Shown here: one piece after another, positions 36,211-47,326 of the stretch
How positions within the stretch are numbered: the first letter of the stretch is position 1
How the letters are laid out: each line of letters opens with the position of its first letter
Notes under the pieces: generated by a model
Seen by the model: only the letters and a program-made list of their open reading frames with translations
The model's database searches: none
Told to the model about the DNA's origin: nothing
Assembly (NCBI GenBank): GCA_003693705.1
Contig: RBZT01000965.1
Coordinates: 1-47,326, forward strand
DNA from: Polymyxa betae A26-41
Lineage: Eukaryota; Protista; Endomyxa: Phytomyxea
Direction of reading: 5' to 3'
Length of the DNA stretch: 47,326 nucleotides
Program-made: the position numbers and the translations under genes

Positions 36211-37313
36211 ATGGCTTCTCTGCATGTCTCCGTCTCCGAGGATAAGATCGTCTCTTCGCCTACCAATTCCAAATCTCCTAACAGTGCTGCCAACCTCCAG
36301 AAATTTACAGAGCTGGCAAAAGCTGATATTGAAACTCAGGTTGGTTGCGATGTATCCTTATGAGTGGTTGTCAACTGTGATCGGATTTAGGTCGAGTTCT
36401 TCTTGAAGAGCTTTATTTTTGATCTTGGTGATGATTGGGGCTATGTTAATGTTCTCGCGAAAAAATTTCAAGTGTATCTGCACGAAAAAGCTGAGAAACA
36501 CGATCTTGATGCTGGACAAGCAGCCGATTTCCTCCAGGTATTATCACCGGTCTTTTGCGTTCTTGTTTTCTTATTAGCCCCAGCGTATGGGTAAAACGCG
36601 AACCGCTATGCAGCGTCGTGCTGAACTCGCTGATGTCGATCTTGATAAGAATGACAAGATATGCTTCATCGAATATCTGCTTTTGCACTACAAGGTTGAG
36701 TGAGATTTTCCATCTCTCGTAATAGCGCTTTTAATAACGTTTTTACTCTCAGATCATGATCTTGAAGGCATACTTCGCTCGACATAAAATGGAGCCAACA
36801 GTATCGTTAGAAAATGAAGGTGTTGGATTGACAGGTGTTGGAGCTTTCTTGTTGGAAGAGCTCTTCACTGTCCCTGTTGGCTGTGATGCCGCTGTTACAA
36901 AGGTAAATGATTTTGAAATATTTTCTAAATTTTCGTTCAGTTCTCTACCAGGCTATTGAAGAATTCATGGCTAAGCAACGTGAACGTAATGCTTTAATCA
37001 AAGACTTGGAAGAGAAGGCCGCTCAAGGAGGTGTTAAAGGTCTTCATATTTTCTGCTTTTTATGCTCCAGTAACATACTATGACTACAGGTCTTGCAGCA
37101 AAAAATGAGTTGTTCCAACTGGAAGCTCAGGACAAAACCGAGATGAACCGTGTTGAATTAACGCTTCAGGCTGCTAAACGCAGATCGTCGAAGAATTCTG
37201 GTGAAGTCGCTCTGCAGAAGGCTAAAGAACAAGAAGAGCTTGAACGTCAAAAGAAAGTGCAAGAATCTCGAAACAAGCTTGCTGCTCGTGCTGCCGCTTT
37301 TGAGAACAAATAA
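36211..37313 (+). CDS. EF-hand protein similar to the Dictyostelium 34-kDa calcium-regulated actin-bundling protein, 6 exons
   Basis: DLDAGQAADFLQ|RMGKTRTAMQRRAELADVDLDKNDKICFIEYLLLHYK (EF-hand); coiled C-terminus GGVK|GLAAKNELFQLEAQD..ELTLQAAKR..ESRNKLAARAAAFE. Confidence 0.78.
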
Positions 37314-38088
37314 TTCGCATTGAATGTTAAAGCGCCTACATCTAATATATTGTAATTCATTTCAAAACAATACTATACTTACACAGACGATAAAGAGAAC
37401 TGAAGACATCAACAATTGTATAATTAGTTTTGCTTGCCATCTCACTCTGGAGCGATTGACCCTAATTTACAATAGTCATGCGAATATCAAGCAAGTTATC
37501 GAGTGGAACCAACCAGTTGCTGAAAGATTGAAGTTCCGGCTCTCAGATTAAATTTCGTGTCGCCTACGGTAGTATGATGAAGTGGGCAATTCTATGTCAA
37601 GAATGGCAGTTTATGTGTCTATTCAATAAGAAAATGTGTTTGCAATGGCGAACGTGATAACAACTAACTGGAATTGAACACTGCCAACAGATTTTGAATC
37701 AATCTTCATACGACTCTTATTGAGGCAAGAGTTAGCTATTATTTTGACAGAAATGATATACGTTAGTATTAGGGGCTAAGGTGGGCTTATACACTTCATC
37801 CGAAGCCATCTGTAACTGTAATCTGAAAATCGTACACATCTTCTGAGTAGTTGGGAGTCATGCATGACAATCTTAGTGACCCAGACACCTAGTCCGTCCT
37901 AAACGTTCAGGCTTCAATGAATTTCATCCACTATAGGATTATATCTGGATAATGGACGCAGCTAGATAAACTGGATTACCTATGTTTAATGTAAGAAAAT
38001 TTGGGCTCCATTTGGCTGTTCATATGTTACGTTAACTTCATTATTGAGAAATGGAAATGTTCGTATAGACATCAGTATAAACTTAGAC

Positions 38089-38364
38089 CATGCATTACTT
38101 GATCGAGTGAGAACTGAACGTTAGAGGGCTTTCGCTTGTCTCCGAATTGAACCAGAAGACACATGCCGATATTGTCAACGATATAGTAAAACCACAGACC
38201 ATCAACTGATTCAATGTACAGCATTCACAAAATACAGACAGCTGCATATAACGATTTTAACGAAGCTCTTTATAATCACGAAAAAGTTGATGGCAAAATT
38301 TCGAATTGCAGCCCAAAGATGCGACAATCTACATAAAAGACGAACCGCTGCTGTCAATTGCTAA
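38089..38364 (+). mobile_element. Degenerate non-LTR (LINE) retrotransposon ORF2 C-terminal relic
   Basis: HALLDRVRTE (compare L.RLRTGH), then after a stop/frameshift DTCRYCQRYSKTTDHQLIQCTAFTKYR, a CX2CX8HX4C zinc knuckle. Confidence 0.6.
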
Positions 38365-38518
38365 CTCGGGATCAGGAATTCCAGCACTTTTCGGTTGTGA
38401 ATAAGGAATTGCAGACATCCTGTGGGTGTCTGCATCAGACCATCCAATTTTTTATCGTCCTGTAACAAAATGATTTCACTGTTTGGTAGTTAGAGATGGG
38501 AGTTCAGTCAGAATCATG

Positions 38519-38546
38519 GGAGATTTTCTTAAGGAGATTTTCTTAA
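38519..38546. repeat. Perfect 14-bp tandem duplication
   Basis: ggagattttcttaa occurs twice in tandem. Confidence 0.9.
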
Positions 38547-39030
38547 GGACAATATGGCAATGGCTGTGTCTAAAAAGTCTGTATCCAAATTCTCGCGCTG
38601 GGCATGAAGTTGTACTGCTGTTTAAACTAACCTTTAGCTCAATTAATGCCAGGCTTTGTTTGGTTCCTCATTCCGTGAGTATAATTCATGTTGGAATTAG
38701 CAATGACTATAGTTCGAGTAGTGGAGATCTATTGGTAGATATGCCTGCTACTGAATACCTTGTAATGCCACAAGCATCTTCATTGCTATTGATTTGCTGA
38801 TCAACTATCTATAAAGAATATGGAGTGTTAACTAGGTATGTAATATGACAAAGTGAATAAATATGGTAGGTAGGCCTCTCTTCACCCCAACAGTTACACC
38901 TGAATAAAGGGGCCACCCGTCTACCACCCCAAAACATCAGCTTACCTGTTCAACTTCAATCTGTCAACCTTCCTATTTCGACCTGTTCAGTTCTCCATCT
39001 GGCTCTCACCTATTTTCTAATCAATTGGAA

Positions 39031-40921
39031 ATGGAGCCTCTCAGGCACCGGAGCGGCTCCATATCCAGGTCCGAGCCGTTCCATTTCGAGCATCGACGAG
39101 GAATATTTCGCTGGGCTAAGCGAAGCGTCAAAGCGAATCTGCCTGCTACTGCTGCAGTGCTTATGGTGGTTGTTGTAGTAATATGCCTGTTGTGGTATGA
39201 GCTATTACCACGACGTGTTCTTACCATTAACTAACATTGTTAACAGGATGGTGTCACATATCGTTTCCAGAAGAGCAGGAGGAATTTCTGAGACCCCATC
39301 GAACAGGGTTATTCAGGTTTATGCTCATCCTACAAAGCTTTGCTAGCGTGTAACTGAAATTTAGTTTGCTATGGATGAGTTGCGCCGAATGTCTTCAGGA
39401 GACACACAGAGTTTCCAGCTTCTATCTGTGGTTTCTCATAAAACCATATATGAAAAGCTTCCCGGTCTTGATGGTAATTTCATTATTTCAGTACGGAACA
39501 TAAAGCCTTACTTGCATCTTGCTATCCGTTAGAGCCGATTGACACAGTGGATGATTTAATATTGCGAGTTGGAAGCCAAAGAAGCGGTGATATTGCTTTT
39601 GATCATTATATTACAATATCTACAGACAGCTCTGGATTATCAGCTGTAACCAAGTATGCTATGTTTTCAACGTGAAACTGTTTCAATGTGATTGAATCTT
39701 GTTCGATACAGATATAGCTGTAGTTATGACTCTACTGATAGACGTTATCCTGGCGTCGTATTGCCCGGAGATGGGGCTGCTTTATCAGTGGCATACCTCA
39801 AACCTAAACCTGTCCGAGTTCTTTCAATCAATACTTGGAATTATAATCATTGGGTGCAACGGCTGCCACTTTTAAAAGATGTATTGGATGTTTATTTACC
39901 TGACATTGTTACCTTCCAAGAGGTCCCTTACATTCTAATTTTTTTACATCGTTTGATAACAGCACAGGTTCGGGCAAGAAAAGTTAGTAGTGAAGGCCGT
40001 AATCGATTCATGATTGAAGATATCCACTCTTTATTGCCGCATATGCAATTTGTTTTTGAACCTGCCATGCGGTTTAGAGAAGGAGACGAAATAGGTGATT
40101 GCTATTGAGGCTGGCTGTCAAATATCTGAAATTTTTTTCAGTACATGAGGGGGTGGCAATTTTCAGCCGATTTCCTATTCGTGATTATTCAAAAACAAAG
40201 CTGTCGCAAAATGCGAATGATGGTTCCGATTTCCACACAAGAATAGCGCTAAGAACTGGAATTGTCTGGGGTGATCCTCGTGATAATAACCGCGCTCTGC
40301 ACGTGGTGACGACTCACTTGTAGGGTCCTGGTTACATCGCAATTGTATTCAAACTATTTACAGGTCGCTAAGCGAGAGCGCGAGACGAAGAACACTTCCT
40401 GAGCTCCATGAGGTGGTTCAGAAAGCTAGTGCTGGAGTAAGTGATATATAAGCCTGTCAATTGTTTTTGAATATTTGGCTACAGGGAACACATCCTGTGA
40501 TCTTAACGGGAGACTTCAATGCTGAAGGAATATCTCAAGAAAAAAATCTCCCAACAATGCAAGATGCCTGGGTTGTCACTCATCCTGTATATTAATTACA
40601 ACGTCGACGTTGGATCCTTGCCTGAAGTCATACGCTTAGGGTTCCGAGAATTCCCAAGATGGCTACACTTTCAATTCATGGTTCCCAAAATCAAGGATAG
40701 ACTACATATTTTCTAAAGGTTCTGCATGTCAGCTGCGAAGCATTTATATTTCGCTGAGAGCAGATGTAGGTTTAAAGACACTGCACTGTAGTGTCGTAGG
40801 AGGTGGGAAAGGGGTATACATTCCTGAAGGCGTACCGCCGGGCTTCGGTGTCGAGAACACCCGAGATGTTCTATACCCATCCGATCACATGTTCCCTTTT
40901 GCTATTTTAGCCAAAGAATGA
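39031..40921 (+). CDS. Type II membrane-anchored EEP (endonuclease/exonuclease/phosphatase) superfamily hydrolase, multi-exon
   Basis: TM helix AAVLMVVVVVICLLW; EEP motifs SINTWN, DIVTFQE, GVAIFSRFPI, TTHL, LTGDFN, RIDYIF, PSDH. Confidence 0.88.
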
Positions 40922-41071
40922 AGCTCATTATTAATCTAAATCATCATACCTACACGGCTACCCACCACATTCGGTTATTAGATCAAATAAACCCACATAT
41001 ATACATCCAAAATTAGAAGAGTCAGTTTATTTTCTCTGTAAAAAAGCCGTATAGCAAACCAAAGAAACCGA

Positions 41072-42391
41072 TTAACGACGGTCACGTCCAAATCGGTCAC
41101 GAGATCTAAGAAAACTTATAATCCGATGATGTAGAAAAAATACTAACAAACCTGCTGCGACTCCGATAATAGCCACGACCAACCTTTGGGCTAGGGGATC
41201 TAGAGCAACGACTGAGAAAAAAGTATATAAAAAATGAAAAATTACCTGCTACGACCTCCTTTTCGGCTACCGACATAGCGATCAGAGTCACGATCCCGAC
41301 CATAGCTCTCACTGATGGACAGTCGATACATCGTTGGTAAAGACGAAGATTCACGAGAAGAAAAAGGGAGCGATGCACATTGAAATTTGGACGGATGAAC
41401 ATAGATAGGAACAGTGTTCGCTATTGCGAAGTAAAACGATAAACAGGGAATAGGGCGTCGGAAGATTAAAAGTCCCACACACTAACAAACGAGTCTATCG
41501 AAATAGTTTGACACAAAGCGAATCATATTGCACTAACCGAGAGTCGTGATGTGAGCCCTTCTCAGTGAAACCAGAATTGCGACGCTCAGCTTGATATTCG
41601 ACGGTGATTACCTGATTGTCCAATCGAGTGCCATGAAGTTTATGCTTGGCAGCTTTAGCATCCTCCTGGAAGGTAATTAATGCAACACATAGAGGACACA
41701 GAAAGCAGTTCCACTGACAATGTTGTCGAACTCAACAAAAGCGTAATTGTTGCGGATGTCAACTCGATTGATCTTTCCGAAGGGCTCAAAAACAGCCTGC
41801 AACAGCATCAATCAATCCTGCATGAGATTAATTCAGCTTGCAAGCGAACCTGAAGATCGCGATCTTTGGTATTACGGCTAAAATTGACAACAAATAAAGT
41901 CTTATTTGGACGATTTTCAGCGTCATTACGACGGTCAGATTCACGACTAAAACCACGCCTTTTAAAAAGTTATAAAGGCTGTATGAGGAACAGTGACTAA
42001 CCGCTTCACTCGACCGTTTCCTTTAGCCCATTCTACACGAATTCGTCGATCTAAGAATGTTGTGCGGTCCAAGTTACGAATAGCTTCGTGTCCTGCTTCT
42101 TGGTTCTCAAGGAAAACAAATGCAAAATCTTGCTTCAGATCTATTGGAAGAACGTGATGAAAGTGGATTGAGAAATGCAAAAGTTGTACCGATATTGCTG
42201 ACACTAGAATAAGGCGTGAAAAGATGCTTGACATCTTCGTGAGTAGCTGAGCTACTGAGATTGCCAACAAAAACGGCCCGGGATTCATTGCTAGAGCGGG
42301 GCGGAGGTGAACGTGATCGACGAGAAGGCGAGCGGCGGTATGAATGTGCCTGGCGAGGGGATTCACCCCAGTTCTCTTCCCTGCGCGACAT
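41072..42391 (-). CDS. SR splicing factor with two RRMs (plant RS31/RS40-like), multi-exon
   Basis: RRM1 AVFVGNL..DLKQDFAFVF..RIRVEWAKG; RRM2 PNKTLFVVNF..IRNNYAFVEF..VITVEY; RS/RD-rich tail. Confidence 0.9.
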
Positions 42392-42670
42392 GGTTCTATT
42401 TAAAGAGACCAAAAGAAAGTGATGAGACGGTAATTGAGAGCAGACCTGTCTGACTCTCCACTACCGTTTTACAAATAACAAATCTCTATAGAGCAGGAGG
42501 GGCGAAGTGGCTGCGGCGCCCTTACACCCCGTACGCCCGTAACATCAAGTAAACTGCGTCATACAAAATGTTGAATTTGGTTCATAATCAATCAGTGAAA
42601 TGTCAATGTTTATAAATGACATTGAATGATGTTGTATCATGGAGTGACCTTTATGAGCTTTTATTGCTGC

Positions 42671-43981
42671 TCACTGTGGACATTGCAGGCAAGTTCTGCA
42701 TAATGGACATGTTGTTTTGATTGTTAGCCAATGCTCTATACATATGGAATGGAATGTATGGTTACACCTAACAGTTGCATGTCAGAATATAGTTGATGAG
42801 AAAAGAATTAATACAGACGGTAGATGTTTGATCACATCGCCAACATTATAATCACTTTGACAAATGGCACAAGGCCCTTGTCCGATTTCCTTTCAGTATT
42901 GTTATTGACCCATACAAGCCAGATTGATCGGATTTCAACTCACAAGTTCAATATCCCCAACTGTTGATATCGCCAGAGCTTTGACCCGGTCTTGATTTTT
43001 TCGAAACCTGAAAGAACGTGTTTCTTGCAAGTTCTGCTGAAATCATTTCAGTACTTACTGCTGTTTCAGTAACAAGCAAGGGAAGTAGAGACCTGTGTTA
43101 AGTTAAGTATATAGGTATTAAACGTTTAAGCATTATGGTCATTACAGATAAAGAATAGGACAATTAATGGTATAATAATTACTAGACCATATAAGCATAT
43201 GATCAGAGTACAAAATTTGATGATCATTGGTTGGTTCAAGTTCCATGTTAATTTTTGGACGAAATAATTAAACAAACAGACACATCCCTAATCAACAGAT
43301 CTTGCTCACATCATTATTTACAATGTGGAATGAATCCTTACTGTTAGAGCCCAACAATGTGAAAACGAAACAAATGATTTCTCTGTATTCCGTACACGAA
43401 GAAGGAGGCGATAATCGTTATAGGCCTTAGCTTGATATCGTGCCTAATGAAATCAAATGCATAAAAGAAGCAGAGAGAGATCATATCGGGTAAATACCAT
43501 TTCTAAAGGAAACTTCACCAGATATCTTGTTAAATAAACAAATAGCCAGAATTGTATTCGGAAATAAGCAGGATTTGTATCACGAGACCATGACACTGCT
43601 AATATAGTAACACCTAATAGAAACTGATGCATCATTACATCGTAAGTTACAAGTTTAATAATGAATATTGTTCAGTTACTTCGATAAGACCAAGTATGAC
43701 GGTTGTAGCTATGTATGTGTAGGTATTACGATATCTACAGAAGCGGTCGTAGATATTCCAAATCTGTATGAATGATTGAGAATAATATATGATGCGAGCA
43801 AGATAAAAGTTAGTACAGATGATACAGACGACTGGAAATGATGATTATGATCAGTATTTTCATTGATATTTGTTCTAGGTTGTTGAATAGACATGATGAC
43901 GTCCACTCCAACAAGTTTACTATCAATTATATTAGATTTATGAGCAAGTTGTTGTGGTTGGGAAATGCATTTATCGGTCAT
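42671..43981 (-). CDS. Multi-pass membrane RING-H2 E3 ligase, paralogue B (diverged)
   Basis: Several TM exons; spliced RING-H2 CAICQSDYNVGDVIKHLP|CNHTFHSICIEHWLTIKTTCPLCR. Start is 43981 or 43894. Confidence 0.82.
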
Positions 43982-44683
43982 TGGTTATTATATATGTGGC
44001 CGGCATTACACACTCGCTGACCCTTGTATTTGGTCCACTTTTAATCTGCACAATTATATAGAGATTTGTAAGGCAATCTTTCATCATTGATTCATGGTCG
44101 ATTACGTTTTCCAACAATACAGAACTGATCTTATTACATGGTATGGCATAGAAACCATGTTAAGGCTGCAGATAATAACTCTTATAAATATATATATTGT
44201 GGAAGTAAAATCAGAATCAATCCAAGAATAGCCATCTTGATGTTCAGTTCATCAACCTCTAATGGTCTTTTATAAATTATTCCAAATACCCATGTTGTTC
44301 GAGAATCACAGATGTTCTAGAAACCAAATATATTGAATAGATGATGCAGGTGACAGTAGAAGGATATTATCTGGAGATAGATCTGTGACGTCTGATAAGT
44401 AATATGAAGATACATTAGAAGCCAGATCTAATGTTCTAAGATCATATTTGGTACGATTTAACAAATATGAATGTCTGTTAACTTACCTGCAATTTAGTGC
44501 GTTGCTTAAATCATTTTATAATAGGAATCATCTCCTGTCATTATATTAATAACATCAAGCACATAATCACCATTTATATCAAACCAACACACGTTGACTG
44601 ATCTCTTCAGATTAATAAGCGCTTACTCGAGTTGGAATACAGACTCGCTCCCTATCGCTGGTCCTACAAACGACCTTATTATA

Positions 44684-46017
44684 ATGGATCATGATGCTGC
44701 ATCTCTAGCATTGGCACAACGATTACAGGCTGAGGAAGACATGCGTTGGAATCAGGCGCAACGTCCGAACTCGGGCAATGCAAGTGGCGAAGCATTATTG
44801 CTTCATGACCGTGATGTACCTCAACAAAGACAGCTTCTTGTTGGTGATGTTGATTCTATGAGATGGGAAAAAATCCTGATCTGATTTAATATAGGTAGCC
44901 AGTGCTAATCAGGTTGTATATGATGTCAGAAGTTCAGGGAGATTTATTTTATTAGCTGTCACATATGGGATTGTCGAGGTGAGCATCAGATCATGTTTAT
45001 GCTCCTTGCTGTATTCATTATACCTATAGCTGGTATCAGGATGTGTTGTTCTTGGTTTAACTTATCAATCAACATGTGATGTACCATTAAAGATGTGGCT
45101 CATTGTATTTCTCCTTCGTTATTGTGTCGTATTTCCTCAAGAACTTGTATATATAACATATATCATCTTTCTCTGTTGTTTAATGTATTGCTCATAGGCA
45201 CGATATATAGCTCATTCACGTCGACATGATGATCTCATGTTTAATGTTCAGAACCTTGATAAAGTTCGTGGCTCTTTCTCCTTTATTTGGACTATCATGG
45301 TAATATTTACATTGATTTACCAAACAGTAATTCTCGTTAATGAACTATTTAGGGATTGCTATGGACACTGGGTAATCCAGCTGCTGAATGTCGTGATACA
45401 TCTCCTATTCTATGGTATTATTGTACCACTCTAATTCTAATGCATATTGCCTTAGCATGTTCACCTTTAATATTACTAGCCATGTTCTGTACGAGTCATT
45501 AGAAATACATTTGACGATTTCAAACTGATTATCCATAGGTATGTGTCTGCCTTGCTTATTATTACTCTTAAGGTACTGGCATCATATTTGTCTTTATGCT
45601 CAAGTTCATTTATATTGACAGATTCTTTCAACCGCATGAGGGCATGTCGAACGCTGATGTTCGTAAATTGCCCGAAAGAGTTTATGACTCTAGTCATCAT
45701 CAGGTTTGATTTCAATATTTTAGTTTGAAGTGAAATTCATGGAGTCTATACCTGATAGGGTACATCATCAGAAGCTTGTGTTATTTGTCAGAATGATTTT
45801 GTCAATGGTGATCGATTGAGGCAATTACCGTATGTTTTATTATCATCATCATTGATTGATGACATCATTGTACTAATCATTATCTAGATGTGGGCATGAA
45901 TTTCATTCGATCTGTCTTGACCAATGGCTTATATTAAAAGCAACATGTCCATTATGTCGAGTTCATGTTGATGGCAGGGCTGACGATTCTCATCTCGGTC
46001 ATCAGTCCCCCGTTTAG
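44684..46017 (+). CDS. Multi-pass membrane RING-H2 E3 ligase, paralogue A
   Basis: N-terminal DAASLALAQRLQAEED; CDVPLKMWLIV and CLPCLL motifs; RING-H2 CVICQNDFVNGDRLRQLP|CGHEFHSICLDQWLILKATCPLCR. Confidence 0.9.
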
Positions 46018-46434
46018 CATTAGCTTCGAATTTATGCTATGCAATCTTTCAATAATGCTTGTTCTTGCAGGCCTTTCTCATGGTAATAAATGTATTAATA
46101 TTAATAAACCATGTCACCAAGGGCACTGCATTACAAATGTTCGCTTCATAATTGTTTACATTTGACAATCCTTGAATGTTTGTTCCGAAGCGGTTGTGAT
46201 GCCCAACGGGCAAAAAATACTGGAATTGATAGACGAGAGTTAAAATGGTAGGGATGAGCGAGATAGAAGAGAGGTAATACACAACTTTGTTTGAAGTCGG
46301 TGTCGGCACTAGACAATGGGATTAAACGAAAGCGTTGAGGATGGAACCGAAAAATGTGCGAACGCACTTTCGATTTTATTTGATTTTATAAAGTGCGCCA
46401 GTATGAGTTTAAAAGTGCGTGACTAAACGTGTGT

Positions 46435-46450
46435 TGGATAGCAGACCACG
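46435..46450 (+). promoter_or_regulatory. Putative retrotransposon primer-binding site (tRNA-iMet-like)
   Basis: TGGATAGCAGACCACG resembles the complement of an initiator-Met tRNA 3' end (TGGTAGCAGA...) with one extra A; it lies about 190 nt upstream of the gag ATG. Confidence 0.6.
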
Positions 46451-46625
46451 CTAAAGTTTATGGTCACGGATATCGGCGATCGGAACGGAGATGATCGGTC
46501 CGACCAAAGATTGGGCCCTGGTGATTTATTATCTGATGAATACATTCATTCTACTAATCTGCCTACAACATTCGTTACGTAACTATCTGACAAAGAAATT
46601 TCTTTAGTCTAAAGGCTATTATTTT

Positions 46626-47326
46626 ATGTCACAAATTGCTGCAGGGGTGCTGGAAAACATTCTGGCATCTATGTTTCAACAAGTGCGATCACGGGAAAAT
46701 AGGGACGCCCGTGATGGTGCTGCAATGCAGGTTGACCGCAATGGGGTCGATTTGGGGCCTGCTATAAATACCGCTGTTATGTTTCAACCTTCACATCCAC
46801 CTGTTCTATTGAAAATGGACCGCAAATCCATTATTGACTTCAAGAAGCAAGTGCGTCGATATAGAGATATATTGGAAGATGCTCGGAGACGTGGTGCTGG
46901 TGCGTCTGCATTTCCAGTGGCGATAAGGCATATGATTGATCCCAGCCTCATGAATTTTTTGGAAAATCACCATTTCCGAGAGCTTCCTGAAGGGATCAAT
47001 CGCACCAATGTCACGGACGAGATGTTGGCGCATGTTTTTGATGAATATTCAAAAGCTGACGCTTCTTCTGTTCATCATATCCGTGAGACTGTTGTCTCCA
47101 CTCTGAAAATGAGGGTGGATTTGCCTCCTCGTGATCGGATTTCACACCTGGTCCACGATTTCGATAATCTCATCGAATCGAATAATTTTCAGGCTGCATT
47201 TTCTTCAAAAAATGGTCCGAAAAATTATGTCCGACTTCTTTGTGAAGTCATTCAACCAATCGAATTGAAGCGGCATATGAAAGACCTTATCAAGTGCCAA
47301 CAATCGGAGCTGGAAGATGATAGGTT
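46626..47326 (+). CDS. Gypsy gag (capsid) ORF, open at the window end and absent from the ORF track
   Basis: MSQIAAG..PPVLLKMDRKSIIDFKKQVRRYRD..IRHMIDPSLM..VTDEML..LKMRVDLPPRDRISHLVHDFDNLIESN..LLCEVIQPIELK; pattern recalls oomycete/red-algal Gypsy gags. Confidence 0.75.
   Translation, partial: MSQIAAGVLENILASMFQQVRSRENRDARDGAAMQVDRNGVDLGPAINTAVMFQPSHPPVLLKMDRKSIIDFKKQVRRYRDILEDARRRGAGASAFPVAIRHMIDPSLMNFLENHHFRELPEGINRTNVTDEMLAHVFDEYSKADASSVHHIRETVVSTLKMRVDLPPRDRISHLVHDFDNLIESNNFQAAFSSKNGPKNYVRLLCEVIQPIELKRHMKDLIKCQQSELEDDR

Larger units (their letters stand above)
46170..47326 (+). mobile_element. 5' end of a Ty3/Gypsy LTR retrotransposon (LTR left boundary approximate; element continues off the window)
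   Basis: PBS-like motif followed by an intronless, stop-free gag-like ORF in an otherwise intron-dense region. Confidence 0.75.

Noticed and set aside
1-47326. tRNA, rRNA or prokaryotic operon/defence systems
   Set aside because: None recognisable by eye; a covariance-model scan (tRNAscan-SE, Infernal/Rfam) would be needed to exclude small ncRNAs.

Overview
Eukaryotic nuclear DNA from a compact, gene-dense genome with many very short (mostly about 45-55 nt) spliceosomal introns, so the ORF track shows only exon fragments; the gene models here were spliced by hand. The compactness, a flagellar gene (enkurin), chitin-related secreted proteins and the style of the Gypsy gag suggest a zoosporic, chitin-walled protist such as a plasmodiophorid (Phytomyxea); this is inference only. 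About 21 genes are supported: GH18 chitinase (truncated), CTL/SLC44 transporter, SF3B3, a Spondin_N stalk protein, a C2H2 zinc-finger protein, three SMP/LEA-like microproteins, a CG-1+bZIP transcription factor, enkurin, a DH-PH RhoGEF, ALDH7A1, a hevein-repeat/mucin/tyrosinase, MnmE/GTPBP3, a SNAP25-like SNARE, PP4R3, an ABP34-like EF-hand protein, a membrane EEP hydrolase, an SR protein and two divergent TM-RING-H2 paralogues. There is also the 5' end of a Ty3/Gypsy element and two retroelement relics. The top finding is invisible in the ORF track: a minus-strand gene (about 16083-18058) in which a complete CAMTA-type CG-1 DNA-binding domain splices in frame, through canonical 46-54 nt introns, to an atypical bZIP (Lys at the invariant Asn position), with no TIG/ankyrin/IQ region. 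Next are a secreted protein with 4 hevein-like repeats, a His/Lys-periodic stalk and a tyrosinase domain, and the cluster of three SMP-like microproteins.
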